Assembly (NCBI GenBank): GCA_963808785.1
Contig: CAWEGH010000008.1
Coordinates: 2,668 to 66,667, forward strand
Direction: 5' to 3'
DNA: 64,000 nt
DNA from: Candidatus Dormiibacterota bacterium
GTDB taxonomy: Bacteria; Chloroflexota; Dormibacteria; Dormibacterales; Dormibacteraceae
Position 1 is the stretch's first letter. Each line of letters opens with the position of its first letter. Shown in pieces: positions 18,041 to 26,592 of this stretch. The notes beneath the pieces are model-generated. The model made no database searches and was not told where the DNA came from. It saw nothing but the letters and a program-made list of their open reading frames with translations. The position numbers and the translations under genes are program-made.

Positions 18041-18760
18041 TCAGGGAGTGAGCTTCGCGGGCGAGGTCCGAAAGCGGGCCTCCACCACCGCCCAGAGCTC
18101 CTGGGGGACCGGATTCAGCGACGGCGCGGCGGCCTCGTCCTCCCGGCCCGGGAGTGCCATCGACGCGAACGCCATCGGCTCGGCCGCCCGGCCCCGGCCG
18201 GGGCCGTTTTCCTCGAGGAGGCCGATGTCCGCCACCTGCTCCACCGTCACCAGCGCGGCGCCGAGTGCGCCGGCGTAGTCGTGGGCCCTCCGCACCGCCG
18301 CCTGGATCGCGTCCCGACGCACCGCCGACCAGCCGGGGTTCTCCTCATCGACCTGCCAGTTGACCCGGTGGACCTCGAACGCCTCCTGGCGCGCCAGCAC
18401 CGACGAGAGGTCCTTGAGCCGGCTCATGTCCCGTGCGGTGACCCTGATCCGGACCGTGGCGATGATCCTCCCGGTCTCCTCCTGACGGTTGGTCCGAGCG
18501 TCGTACTTGGACTCGGCCTGGGTCGACATCGAGAAGGCGGACCAGGTCAACGGGGACTGTTCGGTCTCGAGCGTGAGCGGGACGGCTCCCAGCCCTGCCA
18601 GATCGTCGGTCAGGCCGCCCTGCGCCGCCGCCGCCGCCGCCATCGCCGCCGCCACCGAACTTTCGATGCACACGATGGCGCCCGTCAAGACCCCGGCGTC
18701 GGGAGTCACCCGCCGCGTCGCCTCGCCCCGAACCGTGAGCACCGCTCCTTCCCCGGTCAT
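18041..18760 (-). CDS. SIMPL (DUF541) domain protein
   Basis: Uses internal ATG 18760. LTVRGEATRRVTPD...IIATVRIRVTARDMSRLKDL...AIQAAVRRAHDYAGALGAALVTVEQVAD. Confidence 0.7.
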   Translation of the reverse strand: MTGEGAVLTVRGEATRRVTPDAGVLTGAIVCIESSVAAAMAAAAAAQGGLTDDLAGLGAVPLTLETEQSPLTWSAFSMSTQAESKYDARTNRQEETGRIIATVRIRVTARDMSRLKDLSSVLARQEAFEVHRVNWQVDEENPGWSAVRRDAIQAAVRRAHDYAGALGAALVTVEQVADIGLLEENGPGRGRAAEPMAFASMALPGREDEAAAPSLNPVPQELWAVVEARFRTSPAKLTP

Positions 18761-18809
18761 CTCCGCCACGCCCCGCCAGGGTACGCCCTCCCCATAAGGG
18801 CGGTTTCGC

Positions 18810-19919
18810 GTGAAAGCGGCCCTTAGACTCCGCACACAACTCGTGCCCTCCGTCCCCACGCACCTGCCGGTCCCGCGGAGCCGCGACGCTCGCCGCAAGC
18901 GCAACCGCGCGCTCGTGCTGGGTGCCCTCCCATTCGTCGTCATCGCGTTGCTCGCGACCTGGGAAGTCACACGTCTGGCACCGCAGGGAGCCCCCGCCTA
19001 CGAAAAGACCTCGACCGGCCCCGCTACGCTCTGGGCCTGGGACGGCACCACGGCCGGCTTTCGGCGTGCGTGGCAGGGGACGCAAGGTCCGAACAGCACC
19101 CAGATCGATCTTGCCTACGACGCGCGGGCGAGCCGGCTGGTGGCCTGGGATCACGGCTGTACCAGGGTCCGCCCCGGCTTCGACGGCGGCTGCCAGAACA
19201 CCGCCGACCAAACTTGGGTCTACCAGGGCCGCGCCTGGCAGGCCCAGAGTCCCGCTACCAGTCCCACCGCCAGCGGGCAGGGCGTGATGGTCGACGACAC
19301 GCGTGTGGGCCGGGTGCTGTACGTAAACGGCCAGGCGCAGGTGTGGGCCTGGACCGGTCAGACCTGGCAGCCGGCCGCACGTCGGGGCGCGCCGCAGATT
19401 CCACCACCGGGCGCCCCCACGCGTCAGCCGCAGCAGGCGTTCGCCGCCGGCTACGACGAGGCCGCCGGGGAACTGGTGGTGGCGCGGTCCGAGCGCACCT
19501 GGCTCTGGGACGGGTCCCGCTGGACCTCCGTCCCGGGCGGCATCGATGCCGGCGACGAGGGGCCCGGCGTGCAGTTGATCGACGACCTGACGCGGGGCGA
19601 GATGATCTACGCCGGCCGCCACCAGACCTGGACCTGGGACGGGAACACCTGGCAGCGCCGGCCGCAGGTCGCCCTGCCGGCGGGTTCCCTGGCGTTCGAC
19701 CCCGGCACGCAGCGAACGGTGCTGGTCGCGCCCGAGGACACCCGGTGCTCCAGGGCAGGTTGCGCCACCACCGCCTGGACCTGGAACGGAACCACCTGGG
19801 CTCGGCCCGCGCTCTCCACGTCGCCGCGGCTCCCGTCCACCCGGTACAGCTCCACACCCCCGCCGCTGACCTACGACCCGGCTCTCGGCGGCCTGATTCT
19901 GCTCGTCAGCGCCAACTGA
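18810..19919 (+). CDS. membrane-anchored repeat protein (Kelch/beta-propeller-like W-x-W-D-G-x-x-W repeats)
   Basis: N-terminal TM LVLGALPFVVIALLATW. Recurring motifs follow: TLWAWDGTT, QVWAWTGQTW, TWLWDGSRW, TWTWDGNTW, AWTWNGTTW. Confidence 0.55.
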   Translation: MKAALRLRTQLVPSVPTHLPVPRSRDARRKRNRALVLGALPFVVIALLATWEVTRLAPQGAPAYEKTSTGPATLWAWDGTTAGFRRAWQGTQGPNSTQIDLAYDARASRLVAWDHGCTRVRPGFDGGCQNTADQTWVYQGRAWQAQSPATSPTASGQGVMVDDTRVGRVLYVNGQAQVWAWTGQTWQPAARRGAPQIPPPGAPTRQPQQAFAAGYDEAAGELVVARSERTWLWDGSRWTSVPGGIDAGDEGPGVQLIDDLTRGEMIYAGRHQTWTWDGNTWQRRPQVALPAGSLAFDPGTQRTVLVAPEDTRCSRAGCATTAWTWNGTTWARPALSTSPRLPSTRYSSTPPPLTYDPALGGLILLVSAN

Positions 19920-19987
19920 AGGCCATCCCCAGCCGGCCGGGGTGGGGCGTGCGAGGCGGCCCATCCGCGCTCTGTAGAGTGACCCCG

Positions 19988-20800
19988 ATGGGGACGCCGC
20001 GCGACCTCTACACCCACGGTCACCACGAGAGCGTGCTCACGGCCCACCGCTGGCGAACCGTGGACAACTCGGCCTCCTACCTCCTCCCCCATCTCCGCGC
20101 GGGCGCGCGCGTCCTCGACGTGGGCAGCGGCCCTGGCACCCTCACGGTCGGGATCGCCGGGGTGGTGGGCCCCGAGGGCTGGGTGATCGGGCTGGAGCCG
20201 GTGCCGGAGCCTCACCACGCCGCCCGCCACGCGGCTGAGGAGGCGGGCGTCACCAACGTGAGCTGGGAACTGGGCTCGGTCTACAGCCTCTCCTACGGCG
20301 ACGGCACCTTCGACGTCGTCCACGCGCACCAGGTGCTCCAACACCTGTCCGACCCGGTCGCCGCGCTGCGTGAGATGGGCCGCGTCTGCCGGGCGGATGG
20401 TTTGGTAGCGGCGCGCGACGCCGACTATTCGGCCATGACGTGGTATCCGGAACACCGCGGTCTCGACGAGTGGCTGGATCTCTACCACCAGATCGCACGC
20501 GGAAACCGTGCCGAGCCCGACGCCGGACGCCGGCTGCTGGCCTGGGCCCACGCGGCCGGGCTGCGCGACATCGAGACCTCCGCGGGGGCCTGGTGCTATG
20601 CCTCGCCCGAGGACCGTTCCTGGTGGGGGGAGCTGTGGGCGGAGCGGGTCACCAAGTCGAGCTTCGCCGAGCAGGCCCTTGCCCGCGGCCTCGCGGGACC
20701 CGCGGACCTGGAGCGGCTGGCCGCCGCCTGGCGCAACTGGGCGGCGCAGGAGGATGGCTGGTTCGGAGTGCTTCACGGCGAGATCCTGGCCCGACCCTGA
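19988..20800 (+). CDS. class I SAM-dependent methyltransferase
   Basis: Uses internal ATG 19988. Motif I VLDVGSGPGTLT, then FDVVHAHQVLQHLSDPVAALREMGRV. Confidence 0.85.
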   Translation: MGTPRDLYTHGHHESVLTAHRWRTVDNSASYLLPHLRAGARVLDVGSGPGTLTVGIAGVVGPEGWVIGLEPVPEPHHAARHAAEEAGVTNVSWELGSVYSLSYGDGTFDVVHAHQVLQHLSDPVAALREMGRVCRADGLVAARDADYSAMTWYPEHRGLDEWLDLYHQIARGNRAEPDAGRRLLAWAHAAGLRDIETSAGAWCYASPEDRSWWGELWAERVTKSSFAEQALARGLAGPADLERLAAAWRNWAAQEDGWFGVLHGEILARP

Positions 20801-20900
20801 TCCGCTCGCTCCGATCTCGCCGTCTGCGCGCAGATGGGGCCTCCAAGGGCGCGCATAAGCCCCTTCCGCTAGCGAACGGTAAAGCCTCCGGAAGGCCGCC

Positions 20901-22211
20901 TCAGGAGTCGGGCCGGGGCGACCTGACCGCCCCCGACGGTGGCGGCGCGGAGGGTGTGGGAACCGGCGCCGTCTGACGCTCGGCGGGCGGACCCGGCTGC
21001 GGCGCCGGCGTGCCGTCGGGCAGCGCGCCCGTCGACCCGTTGGGGGGTGGCGCGGCCCGCAGCGCCATCAGGCGCGAGATCGCGTCGCGGAGCTCGGGGG
21101 CCGCGATCTCGTAGCGCGCGTTCGGGTCCTCACCGTCCACCTCCGGCGTGACGAGCCCGATCCGGTGCAGGGTCCGGAGGTGCCCCAGCGCCTCCTCGCG
21201 CGGCACCTTGGTGCCGGCCACCAGCTCGTCCAGCGTGCGCGGCCCGTCGAGCATCCGGTTCAGAACCTCCAGCCGGGTGCTGTCGCCCAGGTCGTGGAAC
21301 CGTCGCCGCGCTTCTTCCAGCCGGGGTTCGGTGACCGCGCCCACACGATGCGACCGCCGCCGGTCGGTGCGGTAGCTGGTCCCCAGCATCGCCTCGCCCG
21401 GGGTCGCCCCAAACCCGAACCGCGTGATCAGGAAGTAGATCACGACCAGGATCACGATCACCACTGCCGCCTCGGCCCACTGGGCGATGGGGTTGAAGCC
21501 GAGCAACTTTCGCGTGATCCCCTCGATCCCGGTGATCAGCGCCGCCACGATGACGAGGTCGACGATCAGGGCCAGGGCCAGCTGCAAGAGGTCGGGAACC
21601 CGGCCCAGCGCGGCGAGCCGGTCGCCGGGGATCCGCCGCACGGCGAAGTAGGTGACCAGTCCGAGCAGCAGCAGCAGGCCGCCGTCGATGGCGAGGTCCT
21701 CGAGCCGGTTCAGGTAGTGAGCCGCCGGGATTCCGAACAGGTAGCCGAGCGCCGTGTAGACCAGGACCCAGAGCAAGGTCGCCGGCAGGACACCGAGCAG
21801 GAACCGCCGCCGGGAGACGCCGACCGCCCCGGCGACCATGCTGGTGTAGATGCGGAGTCCGGGGATCAAGCGGGTGATCGCGATCTCTTTGGGACCCGCC
21901 TGCTTGATCCGTGCGACGACCCTCTCCAACCGCTTTTCCTGCCCCAGCCTGGCGGCCACGACACCCAGCCCCCGCTCCCCGATGAAGTTGGCCCAGCTGT
22001 AGGCGGTGAAGGACCCGGCGCCGCAGCAGAGCACCGCCAGCGGAACGAAGACCTTACCGTCCAGCGCGCCGGTCGAGATCAGGATCCCGGCGATGATGAG
22101 GACCAGCTCGCCGGGCGCGAACGGGATGGGTACGCCCGCCTCCTCCGCGTAAAGGAGGGCGAGCATGAGCACCAGGGCGACGACCCCGTGCAGACCGATG
22201 AGATAGGTCAT
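20901..22211 (-). CDS. DedA (SNARE-associated) - RDD-like - ArsR-like wHTH fusion membrane protein
   Basis: Uses ATG 22211. DedA part: LLYAEEAGVPIPFAPGELVLIIAG...ITRLIPGLRIY. Middle TM pair ends in GATPGEAMLG (RDD-like). Then DLGDSTRLEVLNRMLDGPRTLDELVAGTKVPREEALGHLRTLHRIGLV (wHTH) and a Pro-rich tail. Confidence 0.65.
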   Translation of the reverse strand: MTYLIGLHGVVALVLMLALLYAEEAGVPIPFAPGELVLIIAGILISTGALDGKVFVPLAVLCCGAGSFTAYSWANFIGERGLGVVAARLGQEKRLERVVARIKQAGPKEIAITRLIPGLRIYTSMVAGAVGVSRRRFLLGVLPATLLWVLVYTALGYLFGIPAAHYLNRLEDLAIDGGLLLLLGLVTYFAVRRIPGDRLAALGRVPDLLQLALALIVDLVIVAALITGIEGITRKLLGFNPIAQWAEAAVVIVILVVIYFLITRFGFGATPGEAMLGTSYRTDRRRSHRVGAVTEPRLEEARRRFHDLGDSTRLEVLNRMLDGPRTLDELVAGTKVPREEALGHLRTLHRIGLVTPEVDGEDPNARYEIAAPELRDAISRLMALRAAPPPNGSTGALPDGTPAPQPGPPAERQTAPVPTPSAPPPSGAVRSPRPDS

Positions 22212-22369
22212 TCGCCCGACCTGCTGGCCACTGTCATGACTTGGCTTCGCTCCAAGGCTCCCGATCGAAGGGTTTGTCCACACCCCCCGATACCGGCGGC
22301 CCGATCGAATGGTACGGTCGAACCGAGCGTCGGCGCTACTGGGAGCCGCCGGTAGACTCGCGTCGCACC

Positions 22370-23299
22370 ATGACGCTGCAGGTCGAGGCGGCCGCGGACG
22401 AATATCTGGGCTGGCTCGAACTGGAGGCCAATCGGAGCCCCAACACCGTGCGCGCCTACCAGGGCGAGCTGCGCCGGTTGGCCGCCTTCCTGGCGGAGCG
22501 AGGTCACTCGCTGCGGATGGAGCAGCTGGGCGCGGACGATCTCCGGGCCTACCAGCGTCATCTGGCGCGGACCCAGAAGAGCGCCGCCTCGCGACAGCGG
22601 GCGCTGGTCGCCATCCGTTCCTGGCTTCGGTGGCTGGCGCACGAGCAGCTGGTGCCGCAGGATCTTTCGAATCGGATCACCCTGCCCAAGGTGGAGCAGC
22701 GGCTGCCCAAGCCGCTGCCGCCGGACGAGCTCGCCCACCTGTTGGCCTCTCTGCCTCAGACCTCGTCCCGGGAGCTCCGCGATCGGGCGCTGATCCATTT
22801 CCTGATCAGCACCGGCTGCCGCATCTCGGAGGCGCTGGCGCTCGACCGCAGCGACATCCCGGGGAAGGGGAACCGTCTCATCGTCACCGGCAAGGGAGCC
22901 AAGCAACGAGCGGTGTATCTCACCGACGACGCGCGGGCGGCGATCGACGACTACCTTGCGGTTCGCGACGACACCTGCCTGGCCCTGTTCGTCAACTACG
23001 ACCGCTCCGTGGGCGACGATCGCGACCGGCGCCTGACCTCGGCCGGCGCGCGGCACATCGTGAACCAGATCCGGCGGGAGCTCGGCATCTGGTCTCTGCG
23101 TTCCCCCCACGTGGCCCGGCACACGGCGGCGACCAGCTTGCTCGAGGTGACCGGAGGGGACGTCCGGCTGGTCCAGGAGGTGCTGGGCCACGCCAACCTG
23201 GCCACCCTCCAGGGCTACACCAAGATCGTCGACGCCCGCAAGGAAGAGGCCTACGCGCGGTACCAGCGGTACCTGCGCGACCGCGAGACCGGGGGCTGA
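22370..23299 (+). CDS. tyrosine recombinase, XerC/XerD family
   Basis: Uses internal ATG 22370. SPNTVRAYQGELRRLAAFL...; catalytic region ARHTAATSLL...LLGHANLATLQGYT. Confidence 0.85.
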   Translation: MTLQVEAAADEYLGWLELEANRSPNTVRAYQGELRRLAAFLAERGHSLRMEQLGADDLRAYQRHLARTQKSAASRQRALVAIRSWLRWLAHEQLVPQDLSNRITLPKVEQRLPKPLPPDELAHLLASLPQTSSRELRDRALIHFLISTGCRISEALALDRSDIPGKGNRLIVTGKGAKQRAVYLTDDARAAIDDYLAVRDDTCLALFVNYDRSVGDDRDRRLTSAGARHIVNQIRRELGIWSLRSPHVARHTAATSLLEVTGGDVRLVQEVLGHANLATLQGYTKIVDARKEEAYARYQRYLRDRETGG

Positions 23300-23331
23300 G
23301 TCGCGGGCGCCTGCCGCCGGATACTGAGGGC

Positions 23332-23820
23332 ATGGCCGCCGAAGACGTCGAGTCGCCGGAGTTCCAGACCATCGTCGTCGCCATCGACGGATCCGAGCTG
23401 TCGACCTATGCGCTCCGGGTCGCCGCGCGCATCGCCGTTCGGGAGCGGGCCCGGGTGATCGCGGTCCACGCGCGGCACGTCGGTGGGGCGGGTGTGGGCG
23501 CCGCGGACGCGGTCGGCACGCTCGACACCAGCCGGTTCTACGATGCCGCACGCGAGGTGGCGGCGGGGGCGAAGGAAAGCGCCTCCAAGGTGCTGGGCGG
23601 GGCCGGCCTTTCCAGCTGGACCTACGAGGAGCGGATGGGGCCGCAGATCGAGTCGCTGGTGGAGGCGATCAACGAGCACCACGGTGACCTGGTCGTGGTG
23701 GGGAGCCACGGCCACAACCCCTTCTACGACCTGGTGGTGGGCTCGGTCGCGCAGGGCCTCCTCCGGCACGCGCCCGTCTCGGTGCTGGTGGCGCGCCCGT
23801 TCCGAGGCGGATCCCGCTAA
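23332..23820 (+). CDS. universal stress protein (UspA family)
   Basis: Uses ATG 23332. IVVAIDGSELSTYALRVAA...DLVVVGSHGHNPFYDLVVGSVAQGLLRHAPVSVLVAR. Confidence 0.85.
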   Translation: MAAEDVESPEFQTIVVAIDGSELSTYALRVAARIAVRERARVIAVHARHVGGAGVGAADAVGTLDTSRFYDAAREVAAGAKESASKVLGGAGLSSWTYEERMGPQIESLVEAINEHHGDLVVVGSHGHNPFYDLVVGSVAQGLLRHAPVSVLVARPFRGGSR

Positions 23821-23860
23821 AGCGCCTTCTGTGGGGCGGACGGGCCCGGCGGCTGTGGTC

Positions 23861-25141
23861 TCAGGCCGCCTGTCGGTCGACCACCAACGCCGGCCGCCGG
23901 AACGCCGAAAGCGCCCGCCGCGAACGCCCCGTGAGCGCGGTCGCGAAGGGCAGGTGGCGGAGGATCGAGACCAGAAGGATGGTCGCGGCCACGGTCAGGG
24001 TCCAGATCACGATGCCCTGCAGCGGCGTGGGAAGGGCCGTCAGGTGGAGCAGCGATTCGACCTGGGGCATGACGAAGACCTGGAGGGCGATCATGTGGGA
24101 GAGGTAGATCCCGAACGAGATCTCCCCGCCCCACCGGAGCAGGCGCCAGACCAGGCGGCGCGGTGAGTAGGTGTCGGCCAGGTGCTGCGCGAGCAGGCCG
24201 AGGCCGAGCAGGGCGCCGAAGAACGCGAACAACGTCGCCGGCTGGAAGACCGCTGCCGCCTGGGCGGCCGGTTGCCCGAACCAGAGATTCAGCGCGTAGA
24301 GGAGGAAGGCGGCCCCCAGAAGACCGGCCATCAGCCCCAGCAGCCGGCCCCGGTACCGGCGCAGCGTCGCGATCAGCAGGTCCTGGTGCGCCGCCGCCGC
24401 CGCCCCCACCAAGAAGAAGAACTGGTAGCTCCAGAGCTCCTCCTGCGCGTGCCCGATGATGCCCTGCAGGAAGCCCGGGAGCAGCCACCAGAGGTACTGC
24501 ATGAAGAGCAGCTCCACCACCTGCACGGCCCCGGCCACGAGCAGCAAGACCAGGTGGTGGTCACGCGTCCGGCGCACGATCCACGCGATCACCGGGAAGG
24601 CAAAGTACAGCTGCATGGTCACGATCAGGAAGTAGAGCTGGAACCAGCCCCCGAGCAGGTTCTCGCCCAGCTGGTAGAGAGCCCCTCCCAACGTCGACGG
24701 GTACCCGCCCCAGGAGAAGAGCCGGCTGTACTGCCAGTAGATCAGCGTCCACGCCAGGTACGGGACCAGGACCGGCGGGAACCGCTTGCGCCAGAAGCCC
24801 AGCACCGGCGCCGGCCGGCGACCGGACGTCAGGTAGAGCACGAAGGCGGTGATGAAGAAGAACGCGAAGCGGCTCAAGTGGAGCAGCACGGTCAGCGCCT
24901 GCGCACCGACCGCCGTCGGGGGTTGGGTGAACAGGACGACGTGGGTGCCGACCACGGCGACGATGGCGACGATGCGCAGGAGGTCGATCTGGAGCAGGTG
25001 TTGTTGGCGCGGCCCAGCTTGCGGTCCAGCCGTTACTTCCTCCGCCGTCCCCCGGGGAAGGGCGACGGGGGCTTGCGACAGATCCGCCAGCGCTACCATC
25101 CACCCCAGGCTGGTCGCGTCGCGCCAATGAAATCCCTCCAC
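23861..25141 (-). CDS. acyltransferase-3 family membrane O-acyltransferase
   Basis: IDLLRIVAIVAVVGTHVV...; about 10 TM across 426 aa. Confidence 0.8.
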   Translation of the reverse strand: MEGFHWRDATSLGWMVALADLSQAPVALPRGTAEEVTAGPQAGPRQQHLLQIDLLRIVAIVAVVGTHVVLFTQPPTAVGAQALTVLLHLSRFAFFFITAFVLYLTSGRRPAPVLGFWRKRFPPVLVPYLAWTLIYWQYSRLFSWGGYPSTLGGALYQLGENLLGGWFQLYFLIVTMQLYFAFPVIAWIVRRTRDHHLVLLLVAGAVQVVELLFMQYLWWLLPGFLQGIIGHAQEELWSYQFFFLVGAAAAAHQDLLIATLRRYRGRLLGLMAGLLGAAFLLYALNLWFGQPAAQAAAVFQPATLFAFFGALLGLGLLAQHLADTYSPRRLVWRLLRWGGEISFGIYLSHMIALQVFVMPQVESLLHLTALPTPLQGIVIWTLTVAATILLVSILRHLPFATALTGRSRRALSAFRRPALVVDRQAA

Positions 25142-25245
25142 CCCGTGAAGAAGTTGGTAAGCCGTGACAAATGGTGACGAATCGTCGAAAGGTGATTCCG
25201 GTCCGAATGGTTTGAAATCGTCGAACAGTATGGTATAACCGAACC

Positions 25246-25755
25246 ATGACTGATGAGACGACCGAGGCGACGGAGCTGCTGCTCCGCGTCCAGCGGGCGA
25301 TTCACCGCTCGAAGGTCCTCACCGGGTCGCAACCGCCGTGGACCGCGACGCCCAGCCTCACCATGGCCCAGCTGCGAGCGCTGATGGTGCTCGACGACAG
25401 CCGGCATCTGGCGGTGGGACAGCTGGCGGAGCGGCTCGGCATCGGGATGCCGGCAGCCAGCTCGATCGTCGACCGGCTGGTGGAGGAGGGTCTCGCCGAC
25501 CGCCATCAGGATCCCGATGACCGGCGCCGTATCGTCGTACACCCGACCAAGCAAGGCTCGGGGCGTATCGACACCATGCGGCAAGGCCCGAGAGAGGTGC
25601 TGGAGGCCCTGGTTCGACGCCTCGACCCCAGCGAGCGGGGACACCTGCTGGTGGCATTGCACGCCCTGGCGCGGGCCGCGGAAGAGATGCAGGCGGAGAC
25701 CGAAGATCGGGCTGCGGCTCCGCCGACCGCAAGCGCGGGGGTGCCCGCCTCATGA
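25246..25755 (+). CDS. MarR family transcriptional regulator
   Basis: LTMAQLRALMVLDD...LAVGQLAERLGIGMPAASSIVDRLVEEGLADRHQDPDDRRRIVV. A TATAAC -10-like hexamer lies 7 nt before the ATG, suggesting a possibly leaderless transcript. Confidence 0.9.
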   Translation: MTDETTEATELLLRVQRAIHRSKVLTGSQPPWTATPSLTMAQLRALMVLDDSRHLAVGQLAERLGIGMPAASSIVDRLVEEGLADRHQDPDDRRRIVVHPTKQGSGRIDTMRQGPREVLEALVRRLDPSERGHLLVALHALARAAEEMQAETEDRAAAPPTASAGVPAS

Positions 25756-25804
25756 CGGGCTTCTCGACTGTCCGAGAGACGAACATCCGAGAGGAGGAAG
25801 AAGC

Positions 25805-26314
25805 GTGACGCTACGAACGATGCTCGGCATCGGCTGGTCCATCCTGCTGGGGTTCGCCGGCGGCTGGCTGGTGCTCATGCCGTGGGCGCTCAACGTGCAG
25901 GGTGGCGGCGACTGGACGACGGTGACCAAGGTCTCCTTCGGGACCGGCCTCGGCCTGCTCGTGTTCTGCCTCGTCGGCCTGGTCGTGACCACGATGCAGA
26001 TCGTGCGGCTGCTGGCGCCTCCGCGGGCTGCCCGCGCGGCTGAGCCCGCGGAGCAGCAGCAGCAGGCCGATCAGGAGAGCCTGGACCGGGCGCTGCTGCA
26101 GCTCGCCACCAAGCTGGTGGCGGACCTCGAAGCGCCGGCGCCCAGCCCGGCGCAGCCCGCCGTGCCCGCCACCGCGCCGGCGGCGGAAGCATCCGCTCCA
26201 AACGGTATTTCCACCCGGCCGCAGGTGCCCTCGACGGTTCCCGGCGGTGCCACGGAGGGCGGCTCCCCACAGACCGGTGGCGGCGCCCCGACCTGGAGGA
26301 GGGTCGACCAGTGA
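25805..26314 (+). CDS. membrane protein (2-3 TM) with Ala/Pro-rich tail
   Basis: GAGGAGGA RBS then GTG 25805. GWSILLGFAGGWLVLMPWAL...LGLLVFCLVGLVVTT. The stop overlaps the next start. Confidence 0.5.
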   Translation: MTLRTMLGIGWSILLGFAGGWLVLMPWALNVQGGGDWTTVTKVSFGTGLGLLVFCLVGLVVTTMQIVRLLAPPRAARAAEPAEQQQQADQESLDRALLQLATKLVADLEAPAPSPAQPAVPATAPAAEASAPNGISTRPQVPSTVPGGATEGGSPQTGGGAPTWRRVDQ

Positions 26315-26592
26315 ACCCGTTCATCAACGCACTCGGCGAAGTGCGCGGCTACCTGATGTTGACCGGAGTCTTCGTTCTCGGTCTGATCGGAGGCGTCTGG
26401 GCGGCGATCGCGCCCTTCGCCACCGGCTGGCCGCTGGCGCCGCATGGCTCCTGGTCCCACGCGATGTGGGCCATCGTCATCCCCGGCATCGTCCTGATCG
26501 TGGCGAGCGGCGCCACCATCGTGCTGACCACCGGCCTCGCCGCCCGCGCGGCGGTGCGGGTCCGGGCGCTGGCGGCTGAGGAGCCGGCGTGA
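26311..26592 (+). CDS. small membrane protein (3 TM)
   Basis: 93-aa ORF with 4-nt overlaps to both neighbours (GTGA), so probably translationally coupled within the MarR-MFS operon. Confidence 0.5.
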   Translation: MNPFINALGEVRGYLMLTGVFVLGLIGGVWAAIAPFATGWPLAPHGSWSHAMWAIVIPGIVLIVASGATIVLTTGLAARAAVRVRALAAEEPA

